Shown piece after piece: positions 29,311 through 37,536 of a stretch of DNA of 64,000 nt. Below the pieces are notes generated by a model. It searched no databases and was not told the DNA's origin. It was given only the letters and a program-made list of their open reading frames with translations. A program made the translations under genes and the position numbers. The stretch comes from an uncultured Bacillales bacterium (GTDB lineage: Bacteria > Bacillota_I > Bacilli_A > RF39 > UBA660): contig CAMOWA010000003.1 of assembly GCA_946628005.1 (NCBI GenBank), positions 28 through 64,027 of the forward strand, given 5' to 3'. Position 1 is the first letter of the stretch; each line of letters starts with the position of its first letter.

Positions 29311-30299
29311 ATGAAAAAAATGGATTACATTTTATTATTTGTAGTTTTTCTATTATCCATTTTTGGATTATTAATGGTATATTCTTCATCAAATATTTGG
29401 GCTGATTATAAATTTCATGATTCTTTTCATTATCTTAAATATCAATTTTTATTTTTTATTGTTGGAATCTTATTTGTATTTTTAATATCTAAAATTCATT
29501 ATAGGTTTTACTATACTCATGCTAATCAGATTTTGATATTTAGTTTAATTTTATTAATACTTGTTTTAATCCCTGGTATTGGTAGTATTCGAAATGGAAG
29601 TAGGAGTTGGTTTGGTATTGGTTCTTTTGGTATTCAGCCTAGTGAAGCTGCTAAAATAAGTATTTTGATTTTTACGAGTAAATATTTATCTAGAAGTGAT
29701 GGCTATATTAATAGTTTTATAAAAGGGATATTTCCTATTTTATTTATGACTTTTTTTCTTTTTGGTCTTATTATGCTTCAACCTGATTTAGGAACAGGAA
29801 CAATTTTATTTTTATCTGTTATATCTTTATTATTTATTGCTGGAGTTAATTTAAAATTCTTTTTATGTGGTGGTTTTATAGGACTCTTTGGATTAATTGG
29901 ATTGATAATAATAGCTCCTTATCGTCTTCAGAGAATTACTTCTTTTCTAGATCCTTGGAAAGATCCCTTAGGTACTGGTTTTCAAATGATACAAAGTCTT
30001 TATGCAATTGGACCTGGTGGTTTACTTGGAGAAGGATATTTAAATTCTATTCAAAAACACTTTTATTTACCAGAACCGCAGACTGATTTTATTTTTTCCA
30101 TAATTACGGAAGAGTTTGGTTTTATAGGTGCACTTGTTGTTGTTATTTTGTTTTCTATTATATTATATCGAGGTATTTTTATCGCAACACATTGTAATGA
30201 TTTGTTTGGAAAATATTTATCTTTTGGAATTGTTTTTCAATTAATATTTCAGGCTCTATTAAATTTAATGGTTGTAGTAGGGTTAATACCAGTTACAGG
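29311..30299 (+). CDS. spoVE: SpoVE/FtsW-family SEDS protein, 5' segment (interrupted)
   Basis: Ten-TM-type profile. RSWFGIGSFGIQPSE and PEPQTDFIF motifs. It ends ..GLIPVTG, with the stop codon supplied by the first bases of the insert. Confidence 0.8.
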
Positions 30300-30306
30300 G
30301 TAAGTC
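30291..30306 (+). other. attL of element E2
   Basis: AGTTACA-GG-g-TAAGTC. Crossover GG at 30298-30299. Confidence 0.65.
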
Positions 30307-30628
30307 CTACTAGGTAACTGATAATGATAAATAAAATAAACCTTTATTTTAAAAGGAATTTGAGATTTTAATATAAAATAGAAAATATTAATAATGAGAT
30401 AAAATTTATAATAATTATTAAAAAATACAAAATTTTGCGGATAAAAAAAGGGGTAATTTTACCATTACTGCAAAGTTATTGTTCTTATAAGAGGTACCCA
30501 TGAAACGAAAAATAATAAAATAAAAGACTAGATTTTCTAGACTTTTTTCGTAAAATTTACATATGTTAAATAGATTGTTTATTAAGTAATAATTAAAATA
30601 TGATAAAATTATAATAGGTGATGAGTGT

Positions 30629-31393
30629 ATGAAAAAAAATAAAAAAATAATCACACTTATATTTATAACTATTTTTATTTTATTAATTTTATCTATTATA
30701 TTTATTTTATATAATAAGAATAAAGTACATAATAATACAAAAAAAGAATATATAAAAGAAGAAATAAAAAATAAAGATGAAAATAAAGAAAAAGAAGAAA
30801 CTAAAAAGGAAGAAACTAATGTAGAAGAAGAAATAAAAGTTGAAGAAGAAACAAAAAATGAGGAATATCTTGAAAAAGAAGAGAATAATAATTCAAAAAC
30901 AAATAATAGTCAATTTAATAGTAAAAACAACAATAATCAAAACAATAATCAAAATAATAATCAAAATAGTAGTCAAAACAATAATCAAAATAATAACCAA
31001 AATAATAATCAAAATAATAATCAAAATAGTAGTCAAAATAATGATACACCTAAAGAAAGTACACCACCTCCTCCTCCAACATACACATGTCCTTCAAACT
31101 ACTCATTAAATGGTACAGAATGTATTAGTACACAAGCAGCAAATTATATTTGTACAGATGGAAGAGTGGAATATTCAAATGGAACTATAAGTGGTTGTAT
31201 TAATATGAATGAAGGTTATTATATAGAAGAAGGAGCATGCCCTGCAGGATATGGAGAATTAAAAATAATTTCTATAGGAGTACCAGATATGACAAAATGT
31301 TTGCCAGTATATTCAAAAGTACCTGTATGTACAGAAGATTATAATCTACAAGGTTCAACTTGTATAAAAATAATACCCGCAACTCAAAGTTAA
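30629..31393 (+). CDS. Signal-anchored protein with K/E-rich and (NNNQ)n low-complexity linker and a 10-Cys C-terminal domain (E2 cargo)
   Basis: N-terminal TM segment. Asn/Gln repeat and a PPPPP hinge. The motif Cx3Yx2xGxxCI occurs at both ends of the Cys-rich domain. Confidence 0.6.
   Translation: MKKNKKIITLIFITIFILLILSIIFILYNKNKVHNNTKKEYIKEEIKNKDENKEKEETKKEETNVEEEIKVEEETKNEEYLEKEENNNSKTNNSQFNSKNNNNQNNNQNNNQNSSQNNNQNNNQNNNQNNNQNSSQNNDTPKESTPPPPPTYTCPSNYSLNGTECISTQAANYICTDGRVEYSNGTISGCINMNEGYYIEEGACPAGYGELKIISIGVPDMTKCLPVYSKVPVCTEDYNLQGSTCIKIIPATQS
30925..31043 (+). repeat. Tandem 12-nt repeat (aat aat caa aay) encoding (NNNQ)n
   Basis: About 10 near-identical in-frame units, with two larger 48-nt super-repeats ending ..caaaatagtagtcaaaa. 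Confidence 0.8.
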
Positions 31394-31420
31394 AAGATTA
31401 GAGAAATCCAATCTTTTTTT
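31393..31420 (+). terminator. Rho-independent terminator within E2
   Basis: AAAGATT/AATCTTT stem with a 10-nt loop, followed by T7. Confidence 0.55.
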
Positions 31421-31726
31421 ATGTTATTGTCAAGATGAAGATATTGTTGGATTGCTATTAATTTTGGATAATTGTTGGTTAGTTTTTTTTAAAAACAAAT
31501 ATATAAGAAACAGTTGAGGCAATATCTAAACGATTAGGTAAGAGAACAATAGAAAAATAATCACTAAGTCAATCAATTAGTTTATCTAACTATAATTGTA
31601 ACAAATTAATTCTGCTTTTTAGGAAGATTTAAATATGAATGTTATATCATTATATAAATTTAAAGAGAAAATAAAAGATATTCATTATTTTCTTTTTTTG
31701 TGAATAGATTTAATAGAGGTGGCTCT

Positions 31727-31861
31727 ATGAAACGAATAGATAAAGATGGTAAACGAAGAAAACTTAACATTGAATATATTTATAAAAAAGATGGAACCAA
31801 GCTTGAGGAAATTCTAAAGGAGGGATATTTATGCTATTTAAGAAATTTAAAGGTCAAATGA
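31727..31861 (+). CDS. 44-aa basic protein (not in the ORF track), tentatively TnpW-like
   Basis: agaggtgg RBS 5 nt upstream. MKRIDKDGKRRKLNIEYIYKKDGTKLEEILKEGYL loosely resembles small proteins found with clostridial large-serine-recombinase transposons. The similarity is weak. Confidence 0.3.
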   Translation: MKRIDKDGKRRKLNIEYIYKKDGTKLEEILKEGYLCYLRNLKVK

Positions 31862-32008
31862 TTTACTTTTTTTGAATGGATGATGGTTGTTACATGGCAT
31901 CTTGAGGTAATGGTATCGCGTAATTTAGGATTGGAGGAATTTCATAATGCAATATAGATTTATCAATAACAATATTTTGGATTTACTTAGTATGGAGGAC
32001 TTTTATTA

Positions 32009-33583
32009 ATGGAATATATCTGTGGTGCTTATGACAGACTATCTGATGCCGATAGTAAAATAGATGAAAGTTCTTCTATACAAAGTCAAAAAATCATAAT
32101 TGATTCTTTTGCAAAATTTAACAATCTTAAGATATATAAACATTATGTAGATGATGGTTATTCTGGTGGTAATTTTGATAGACCTGCTTTTCAAGAGATG
32201 ATTAATGATATTGAATCTGGAATAATTAATTGTGTTATTACCAAAGACTTATCAAGACTTGGTCGTGAAATGTATAAAACAGGTAAATATATAGAAGAAT
32301 ACTTTTTAGAAAAAGGTGTTAGATATATTGCAATTAATGATTCCTATGATTCTAATATTGGTGATTCAATGCTTGGAATTAGATTAAGTGTAAATGATTT
32401 ATATTTAAGAGATGTATCGAAAAAAGTAAAGACTTCATTAAGAGCAAAACAAAATCGTGGCGACTATATTGGTTCATTTCCTTTATATGGTTATAAGAAA
32501 GATCTAAATGATAAGCATAAATTAATTATTGATGAAGAAGTAAGACATATAGTCGAATTAATTTATGACTTGGCTTTAGAGGGAAAAAGTCCTAATAAAA
32601 TAGCAGAATATTTAACCTTAAAGAAAATACCAATTCCTATTGTTCATAAACAAGAACCTAGAGCAAAAGATATCACTGAAAATGATGGATTTGGGATTTG
32701 GAAAAGACAGACAGTAAAAGGTATTTTAACAAATGAAATGTATATTGGAAATATGGTACAAAATACTCATAATAAAATTAGTTATAACTCAAAGAAATTA
32801 AGGAAAACATCAAAAGATGAATTAATTATTGTTGAGGGTACTCATGAAGGAATTGTATCTAAGGAAACTTTTGATAAAGTTCAAGATATACTTCATAAAA
32901 AAACAACTACTCGAGTTACTGACCATCAATTAGATTATTTGTTAGGAGGATTACTTTATTGCCATGAGTGTGGTCGAAATATAAGAATAAGTGAAGATAT
33001 TTTAAAATCTGGTGTAAGACATTATACTCAATGTAATTTATATACTAGAAAAGGAAAATATGGAATATGCTCATCTCATAGAATTAATTATGATTGGTTA
33101 GAAGAAGATATTTTAGAATATTTACAAGATGTATGTGAAAAATTTTGTAAACATTATGACTTTAATGAATTAGAAGATAGTTCAGAAAATATTGTTATGA
33201 AAAATTTAAAAGAAATTAATCAAAAAATTGAAAAATTAAACAATTTATTAAATTCTCAAAAATCTACCATAGATAATCTATATATGGATAAAGTAAAAGG
33301 TTTAGTAGATGAAGAAATGTATAAACGAATCTACGATAAAACAAAACAAGAAATTAATAGATTAAATATGGAATTAGAAGAATTAAATAATAAAAAACAA
33401 ATTAATGAAAAGCAGCCATCTGATAATACTAGTTTTAATAAATGTAGAAGATCTGTTTTAGATTATATGTCTTTAAAGAATCCTAGGAAAGATCAGATAA
33501 AAAGACTTGTAGATAAAATAGAAATTGATAAAGATAAAAAAGTATATGTACATTTAAGATTTCCAGAGTTAATAGAAATTTAA
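32009..33583 (+). CDS. Large serine recombinase (E2)
   Basis: YDRLSDADSKIDESSSIQSQ contains the catalytic Ser. Also VITKDLSRLGR, zinc ribbon CHECGx..C..C and a C-terminal coiled coil. It ends 88 nt before the attR core. Confidence 0.9.
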   Translation: MEYICGAYDRLSDADSKIDESSSIQSQKIIIDSFAKFNNLKIYKHYVDDGYSGGNFDRPAFQEMINDIESGIINCVITKDLSRLGREMYKTGKYIEEYFLEKGVRYIAINDSYDSNIGDSMLGIRLSVNDLYLRDVSKKVKTSLRAKQNRGDYIGSFPLYGYKKDLNDKHKLIIDEEVRHIVELIYDLALEGKSPNKIAEYLTLKKIPIPIVHKQEPRAKDITENDGFGIWKRQTVKGILTNEMYIGNMVQNTHNKISYNSKKLRKTSKDELIIVEGTHEGIVSKETFDKVQDILHKKTTTRVTDHQLDYLLGGLLYCHECGRNIRISEDILKSGVRHYTQCNLYTRKGKYGICSSHRINYDWLEEDILEYLQDVCEKFCKHYDFNELEDSSENIVMKNLKEINQKIEKLNNLLNSQKSTIDNLYMDKVKGLVDEEMYKRIYDKTKQEINRLNMELEELNNKKQINEKQPSDNTSFNKCRRSVLDYMSLKNPRKDQIKRLVDKIEIDKDKKVYVHLRFPELIEI

Positions 33584-33663
33584 AATCAGTTATTTGGAAG
33601 CATTACTGCCATTTTTCAGTTATTTTGCAAAGGCAACCTATCAAAAATTAGTTGCACTTGCAA

Positions 33664-33679
33664 GACTTAGGGTGTTACT
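33664..33679 (+). other. attR of element E2
   Basis: GACTTA-g-GG-TGTTACT. Crossover GG at 33671-33672. Confidence 0.65.
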
Positions 33680-33772
33680 CTTCCATTTTTAAGTTATGGT
33701 GGAAGCAGTTTACTAGTTAGTATGGGAAGCGTGGGAATTTTACTTAGTATTTCTAGAAACTTAACTTATTAG
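33673..33772 (+). CDS. spoVE: SpoVE/FtsW-family SEDS protein, 3' segment (33 codons)
   Basis: (G)VTLPFLSYGGSSLLVSMGSVGILLSISRNLTY* is the universally conserved SEDS C-terminal motif. It has no start codon of its own and is preceded by an in-frame TAG. Confidence 0.8.
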
Positions 33773-33785
33773 TAAATAATATTTA

Positions 33786-33814
33786 TTGACAAAAATCAAC
33801 ATTTGTGGTATAAT
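33786..33814 (+). promoter_or_regulatory. Consensus SigA promoter with extended -10
   Basis: TTGACA, 17-nt spacer, TATAAT, with TG at -15/-14. Confidence 0.65.
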
Positions 33815-33840
33815 TTGCATAGTTTTTAGGGGGGAATAGT

Positions 33841-34527
33841 ATGAATATGAATATTTCTAGTAATGAAAATTTATTTGAAATTAGATTAGATTCAATACGA
33901 GGATTAGTAAGTAAAGCTACTTTAAAACATTTAGAAGAAAAAAATATTATTATGGTAGGGGATTTATTAGAAAAGTCATGTGATGATGATTTTATAAATC
34001 ATCTTTCAAATTCTAAATTAATGGTTGATAAAGAAACTTTGGATGTTATTAAATATTTAAAATGTAAATATTTAAATGTTGATCCTCAAATTGATTTTTC
34101 AAAAGAGTATTTTTATTTTTTAGAACAATTTGGATTTACGAATAGATCTCATAAGGCTCTTTATCTAATGGGAATTGGGAACGATAATATTTTTGAATTA
34201 TTAGATCCTAATAATAAAAAAAGATACTTGAATAATTATAGGCTTATAGGTGAGACTGTATATGATGAAGTTGTATGTAAACTATCAATTATTTATAATT
34301 ATTATAAGCAAAAGTATCAACAGGATTTGATGATGGCTGAGGCTAATTCCGTTAAATATCTTTTACCGGAATTTAATTATAATTGTGATGAGATAATGAA
34401 TTTACTTTTAAGTGGAAAGTTATCTTTAGAAAGTAGTCAAGAGTTACTAGATAGAATAGAGTCTTTAAGAATGATGCTTTATGAGTATAACAATGCTCAT
34501 TTTGTGGAAAATGAAAAAAAGCTTTAA
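33841..34527 (+). CDS. Hypothetical protein with two helix-hairpin-helix-like (RNAP alpha-CTD-like) segments
   Basis: IRLDSIRGLVSKATLKHLEEKNIIMVGDLL and FGFTNRSHKALYLMGIGNDNIFELL resemble the LxLSxRxxNxLxxxGIxTxxDL pattern. Confidence 0.35.
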   Translation: MNMNISSNENLFEIRLDSIRGLVSKATLKHLEEKNIIMVGDLLEKSCDDDFINHLSNSKLMVDKETLDVIKYLKCKYLNVDPQIDFSKEYFYFLEQFGFTNRSHKALYLMGIGNDNIFELLDPNNKKRYLNNYRLIGETVYDEVVCKLSIIYNYYKQKYQQDLMMAEANSVKYLLPEFNYNCDEIMNLLLSGKLSLESSQELLDRIESLRMMLYEYNNAHFVENEKKL

Positions 34528-34535
34528 AGCTTTTT

Positions 34536-36212
34536 TTATTTTATTATACTTACAAATTCATCTAGAGTAATATCATCTAGTATAGGAAATCTTGTTATTA
34601 AGTAGTTATTTTGATTTCTATTTGCTCTTCTATTTCCTCCAATGAATGCTATTCTAAAGTTTAAGTCTTTAAGTGCTTGAAGGGACTCTTTATCATATGA
34701 ATAGAATGGGAAACAGAATGATGTATTATCACCACTTAGAATCTTTAGTGATTTTTCTAAATCTTCTTTTACTGTTTTGTAGTCTGAGCATGCTACCATT
34801 CCTCTTCCATCTGGACATCTTGCTTCATAATGTAGGTCAAATGAATGTGATTGGACATCTAGATATGGTGATTGATAATCACTTAGTTCTCCCCATGCAG
34901 TTATGAAAAATAATGTTGCATGTTGTTTATATTTTTCTAGAAGAGGTATTAATTTATTTCCATTAATTTTACTAGTACCTATTCCTCCATCATCAATTGT
35001 TAATAATACAGAGTGTTTTGGTAATTCTATAAGACCTTCTTTCCAATCTGTAAATTCATTAATTGTTAGAGCTTTATAATTATTTTCTGTTATCCATTTT
35101 AAATGTTCTTCAAATTTGCTTGCTTCTAAGCATATTGATTCATTGCATTTTTCTCCTAGGGATGAGTCAAAGAAAAAGTGATAGTTTACAACAGGAATAT
35201 CAGTTGCGATATCTTCTTTATTTGTAGGAGTTATTTCTTCTCCTTTTGCCATTTTTAAATAATCATCTATTACTGTATATTTTGTTGGTTGATAACGATT
35301 TAATTTTTTTAAGTCTTCATTTCTTTCAGATTTTTTATTCGTTGTTATAAAGGAAATGGAATCATTTTCTTTTATAACTGGAATACTTATTTTATATTGG
35401 TTTTCGATGCTTTTTACAAATTCATTTTCTTCACTTGTTGTAAGTAAAATAGCATTTTCTTTTAAATTAATGTATCCTTTTACAAATTTTATATAATCAT
35501 CTTTTGTTATAAAATAATAATTATTATTTTTTAATAGTTCGATATGTCTTTTTACACTTTCTGTTAATAGACAGTTATCATCTTGACATGTATTATTTAT
35601 TTTATCATAGTGAATAACACTTACTGAGTTATTATTATTATTATTTTTATTAATTTGTTTAATACTTTTATCTTTTTTTATTTTAAATATTTGATTTAAA
35701 AAATTAATATAGTAATAATTATCATCTATAGAGTCTAAAGACACTGTAATTCCTTTTAGAAGGGTAATTGTTTTTTTATTATTTTTTATTAGATCTACTT
35801 TTGATTTTATTTTTATTTTTGTTTGTAAAGATTCATAAATACTATTATCTTTTTTTTCTGTTTTTAAATTTGTATTATTTTTAATATCTTTATAGTTTAT
35901 ATAAAAGTCTGTGTTTTTAATTTTATAGTATTTGGCTTTCTTTTTTATAGATGAAAGCTCTAATGAGATAGAATCTTTTGTTGTTGCAATTTCTTTCTTA
36001 TTACTATCGTATATTTTAGAATTTTTTTTGGTTTTAATGGTTGTTTTTAAATTATTATGAATAGATTCTATCATTTTATTTTGATATATTGTATAAGCAA
36101 TATATCCACTTCCAGTTAATGTCAATAGAAGAATAATTAATAATACTAAAGTTAATTTTTTATTTTTTAACTTTATTTTTTTTATTTCCTTTTTATCCAT
36201 TTCCATCACCAA
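34536..36212 (-). CDS. Membrane-anchored polysaccharide deacetylase (NodB homology domain at C-terminus)
   Basis: LLTIDDGG (TFDDG-type motif) and HSFDLH motifs. N-terminal TM segment. Confidence 0.7.
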   Translation of the reverse strand: MVMEMDKKEIKKIKLKNKKLTLVLLIILLLTLTGSGYIAYTIYQNKMIESIHNNLKTTIKTKKNSKIYDSNKKEIATTKDSISLELSSIKKKAKYYKIKNTDFYINYKDIKNNTNLKTEKKDNSIYESLQTKIKIKSKVDLIKNNKKTITLLKGITVSLDSIDDNYYYINFLNQIFKIKKDKSIKQINKNNNNNNSVSVIHYDKINNTCQDDNCLLTESVKRHIELLKNNNYYFITKDDYIKFVKGYINLKENAILLTTSEENEFVKSIENQYKISIPVIKENDSISFITTNKKSERNEDLKKLNRYQPTKYTVIDDYLKMAKGEEITPTNKEDIATDIPVVNYHFFFDSSLGEKCNESICLEASKFEEHLKWITENNYKALTINEFTDWKEGLIELPKHSVLLTIDDGGIGTSKINGNKLIPLLEKYKQHATLFFITAWGELSDYQSPYLDVQSHSFDLHYEARCPDGRGMVACSDYKTVKEDLEKSLKILSGDNTSFCFPFYSYDKESLQALKDLNFRIAFIGGNRRANRNQNNYLITRFPILDDITLDEFVSIIK

Positions 36213-36300
36213 TATTAGTATAACCTATAAATATATTTTTAACAATCTTTATAGTAGTAAAAGATTATAATTTTTGATATAATTACTTTGAATTTGAGGG

Positions 36301-37536
36301 ATGTATATGGAAAAAGTTATTATTGTTGGTGGAGGAGCAAGTGGTATTGTTTGTGGTATACTTGCTAAAAGAATTAATAATGAAGTAATTATTTTAGAGA
36401 GAAATTCTACTTGTCTTAAGAAATTATTATTAACTGGTAATGGGCGCTGTAATTATATGAATGAAAATTATAGTATTCGTAATTATCATAGTGAGAATAT
36501 TGATATTGTTGATAGGATTATTTCTAGTAATAATATTGATATGGTTTTGAATTTCTTTAAAGATATTGGACTAATTTATAAAATTAAAAATAGTTGCTAT
36601 TACCCATATTCTAATCAAGCTAAGATGGTTCAAAAAATATTAATTGATGAAGCTATTCGTCGTGGTGTTCAAATTAAATGTAATTCTTTAGTTACTGATA
36701 TAATAAAAAAGAATGATACTTTTTTAGTTACTTGTGGTAATGATATATTAAAATGTCAAAAACTTGTTATTGCAACTGGTTCATTTGCCTATCCAAAAAC
36801 TGGTAGTGATGGTATGGGATATGAATTTTTAAAGAAATTTCATCATACAATAGTGGATGTTGTTCCTGCACTTGTACCGCTTGTTAGTAAAAAAAGTTAT
36901 AAGGAATGGGATGGAGTTAGGTGTGATGTTGAACTAAAGTTATTTGAAGATGATGTTTATCAAAAAAGTGAAGAGGGGGAAGTTCAATTAACTTCTTATG
37001 GCTTAAGTGGTATCTGTACATTTAATTTAAGTCATTATGTTTCTAGAGGTCTACATGATGGAAAAAGAGAAGTTATTAAAATTAATTTTGTTCCTTTTAT
37101 TAAGACTCTTATTACTCCTTGGATGCATCATTATTGTTTAAAATTTCCTACTAGAAACTTAGAAGAAATATTAGAAGGATTTTTAAATTATAAGATTATT
37201 CCTGTAATTTTAAAGCATGCTAAGTTATCTAAAAATATATATTATAAAGATTTATCAAATGAAGAAAAACTTCGTTTATGCAAAGCTTTAAGTAGTTTTC
37301 CAGTTGAGATTATTTCTACTAAATCATATGATATGAGTCAGGTTTGTAATGGAGGAGTTTTATTAGATGAAGTTAATTATCAGACGATGGAGTCTTTAAA
37401 AGAGAAAAACTTGTTTATTACGGGAGAGCTTTTAGATATGAATGGGGATTGTGGTGGATATAATTTAACTACTTGTTGGATTAGTGGTATTTTAGCTGGT
37501 AAATGTATAGGGGAGTATTATGATCAGAGTAAGTGA
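36301..37536 (+). CDS. HI0933/BaiN-like NAD(P)/FAD-dependent oxidoreductase
   Basis: VIIVGGGASGIVCG dinucleotide fold and LTGNGRCN signature. Confidence 0.7.
   Translation: MYMEKVIIVGGGASGIVCGILAKRINNEVIILERNSTCLKKLLLTGNGRCNYMNENYSIRNYHSENIDIVDRIISSNNIDMVLNFFKDIGLIYKIKNSCYYPYSNQAKMVQKILIDEAIRRGVQIKCNSLVTDIIKKNDTFLVTCGNDILKCQKLVIATGSFAYPKTGSDGMGYEFLKKFHHTIVDVVPALVPLVSKKSYKEWDGVRCDVELKLFEDDVYQKSEEGEVQLTSYGLSGICTFNLSHYVSRGLHDGKREVIKINFVPFIKTLITPWMHHYCLKFPTRNLEEILEGFLNYKIIPVILKHAKLSKNIYYKDLSNEEKLRLCKALSSFPVEIISTKSYDMSQVCNGGVLLDEVNYQTMESLKEKNLFITGELLDMNGDCGGYNLTTCWISGILAGKCIGEYYDQSK

Larger units (their letters stand above)
30298..33672 (+). mobile_element. E2: ~3.37-kb serine-recombinase intervening element inside spoVE
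   Basis: It separates ..PVTG from VTLPFLSYGGSS... It carries a Cys-rich surface protein gene, small ORFs and a large serine recombinase. The ends give GACTTA-gGGg-TAAGTC when joined. Confidence 0.8.

Noticed and set aside
30297-30301. AGGGT shared by both E2 junctions as the crossover core
   Set aside because: Recombination in that register would leave spoVE frameshifted (..acagggtgttac..). The GG register offset by one base restores the frame and coincides with the symmetry centre of the joined ends, so it is preferred.
30925-31043. Regular short tandem repeats that at first glance could be a mini CRISPR or satellite array
   Set aside because: The units are 12 nt, contiguous with no spacers, and in frame within ORF 30629-31393 encoding (NNNQ)n. 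This is coding low complexity, not CRISPR. No CRISPR array was seen anywhere in the window.
22003-33672. E1 and E2 as ordinary prophages or conjugative transposons
   Set aside because: Each is under 4 kb and has no capsid, tail, replication, mobilisation or transfer genes. They fit the degenerate skin-like intervening-element pattern better. Mobility other than excision cannot be judged from sequence.
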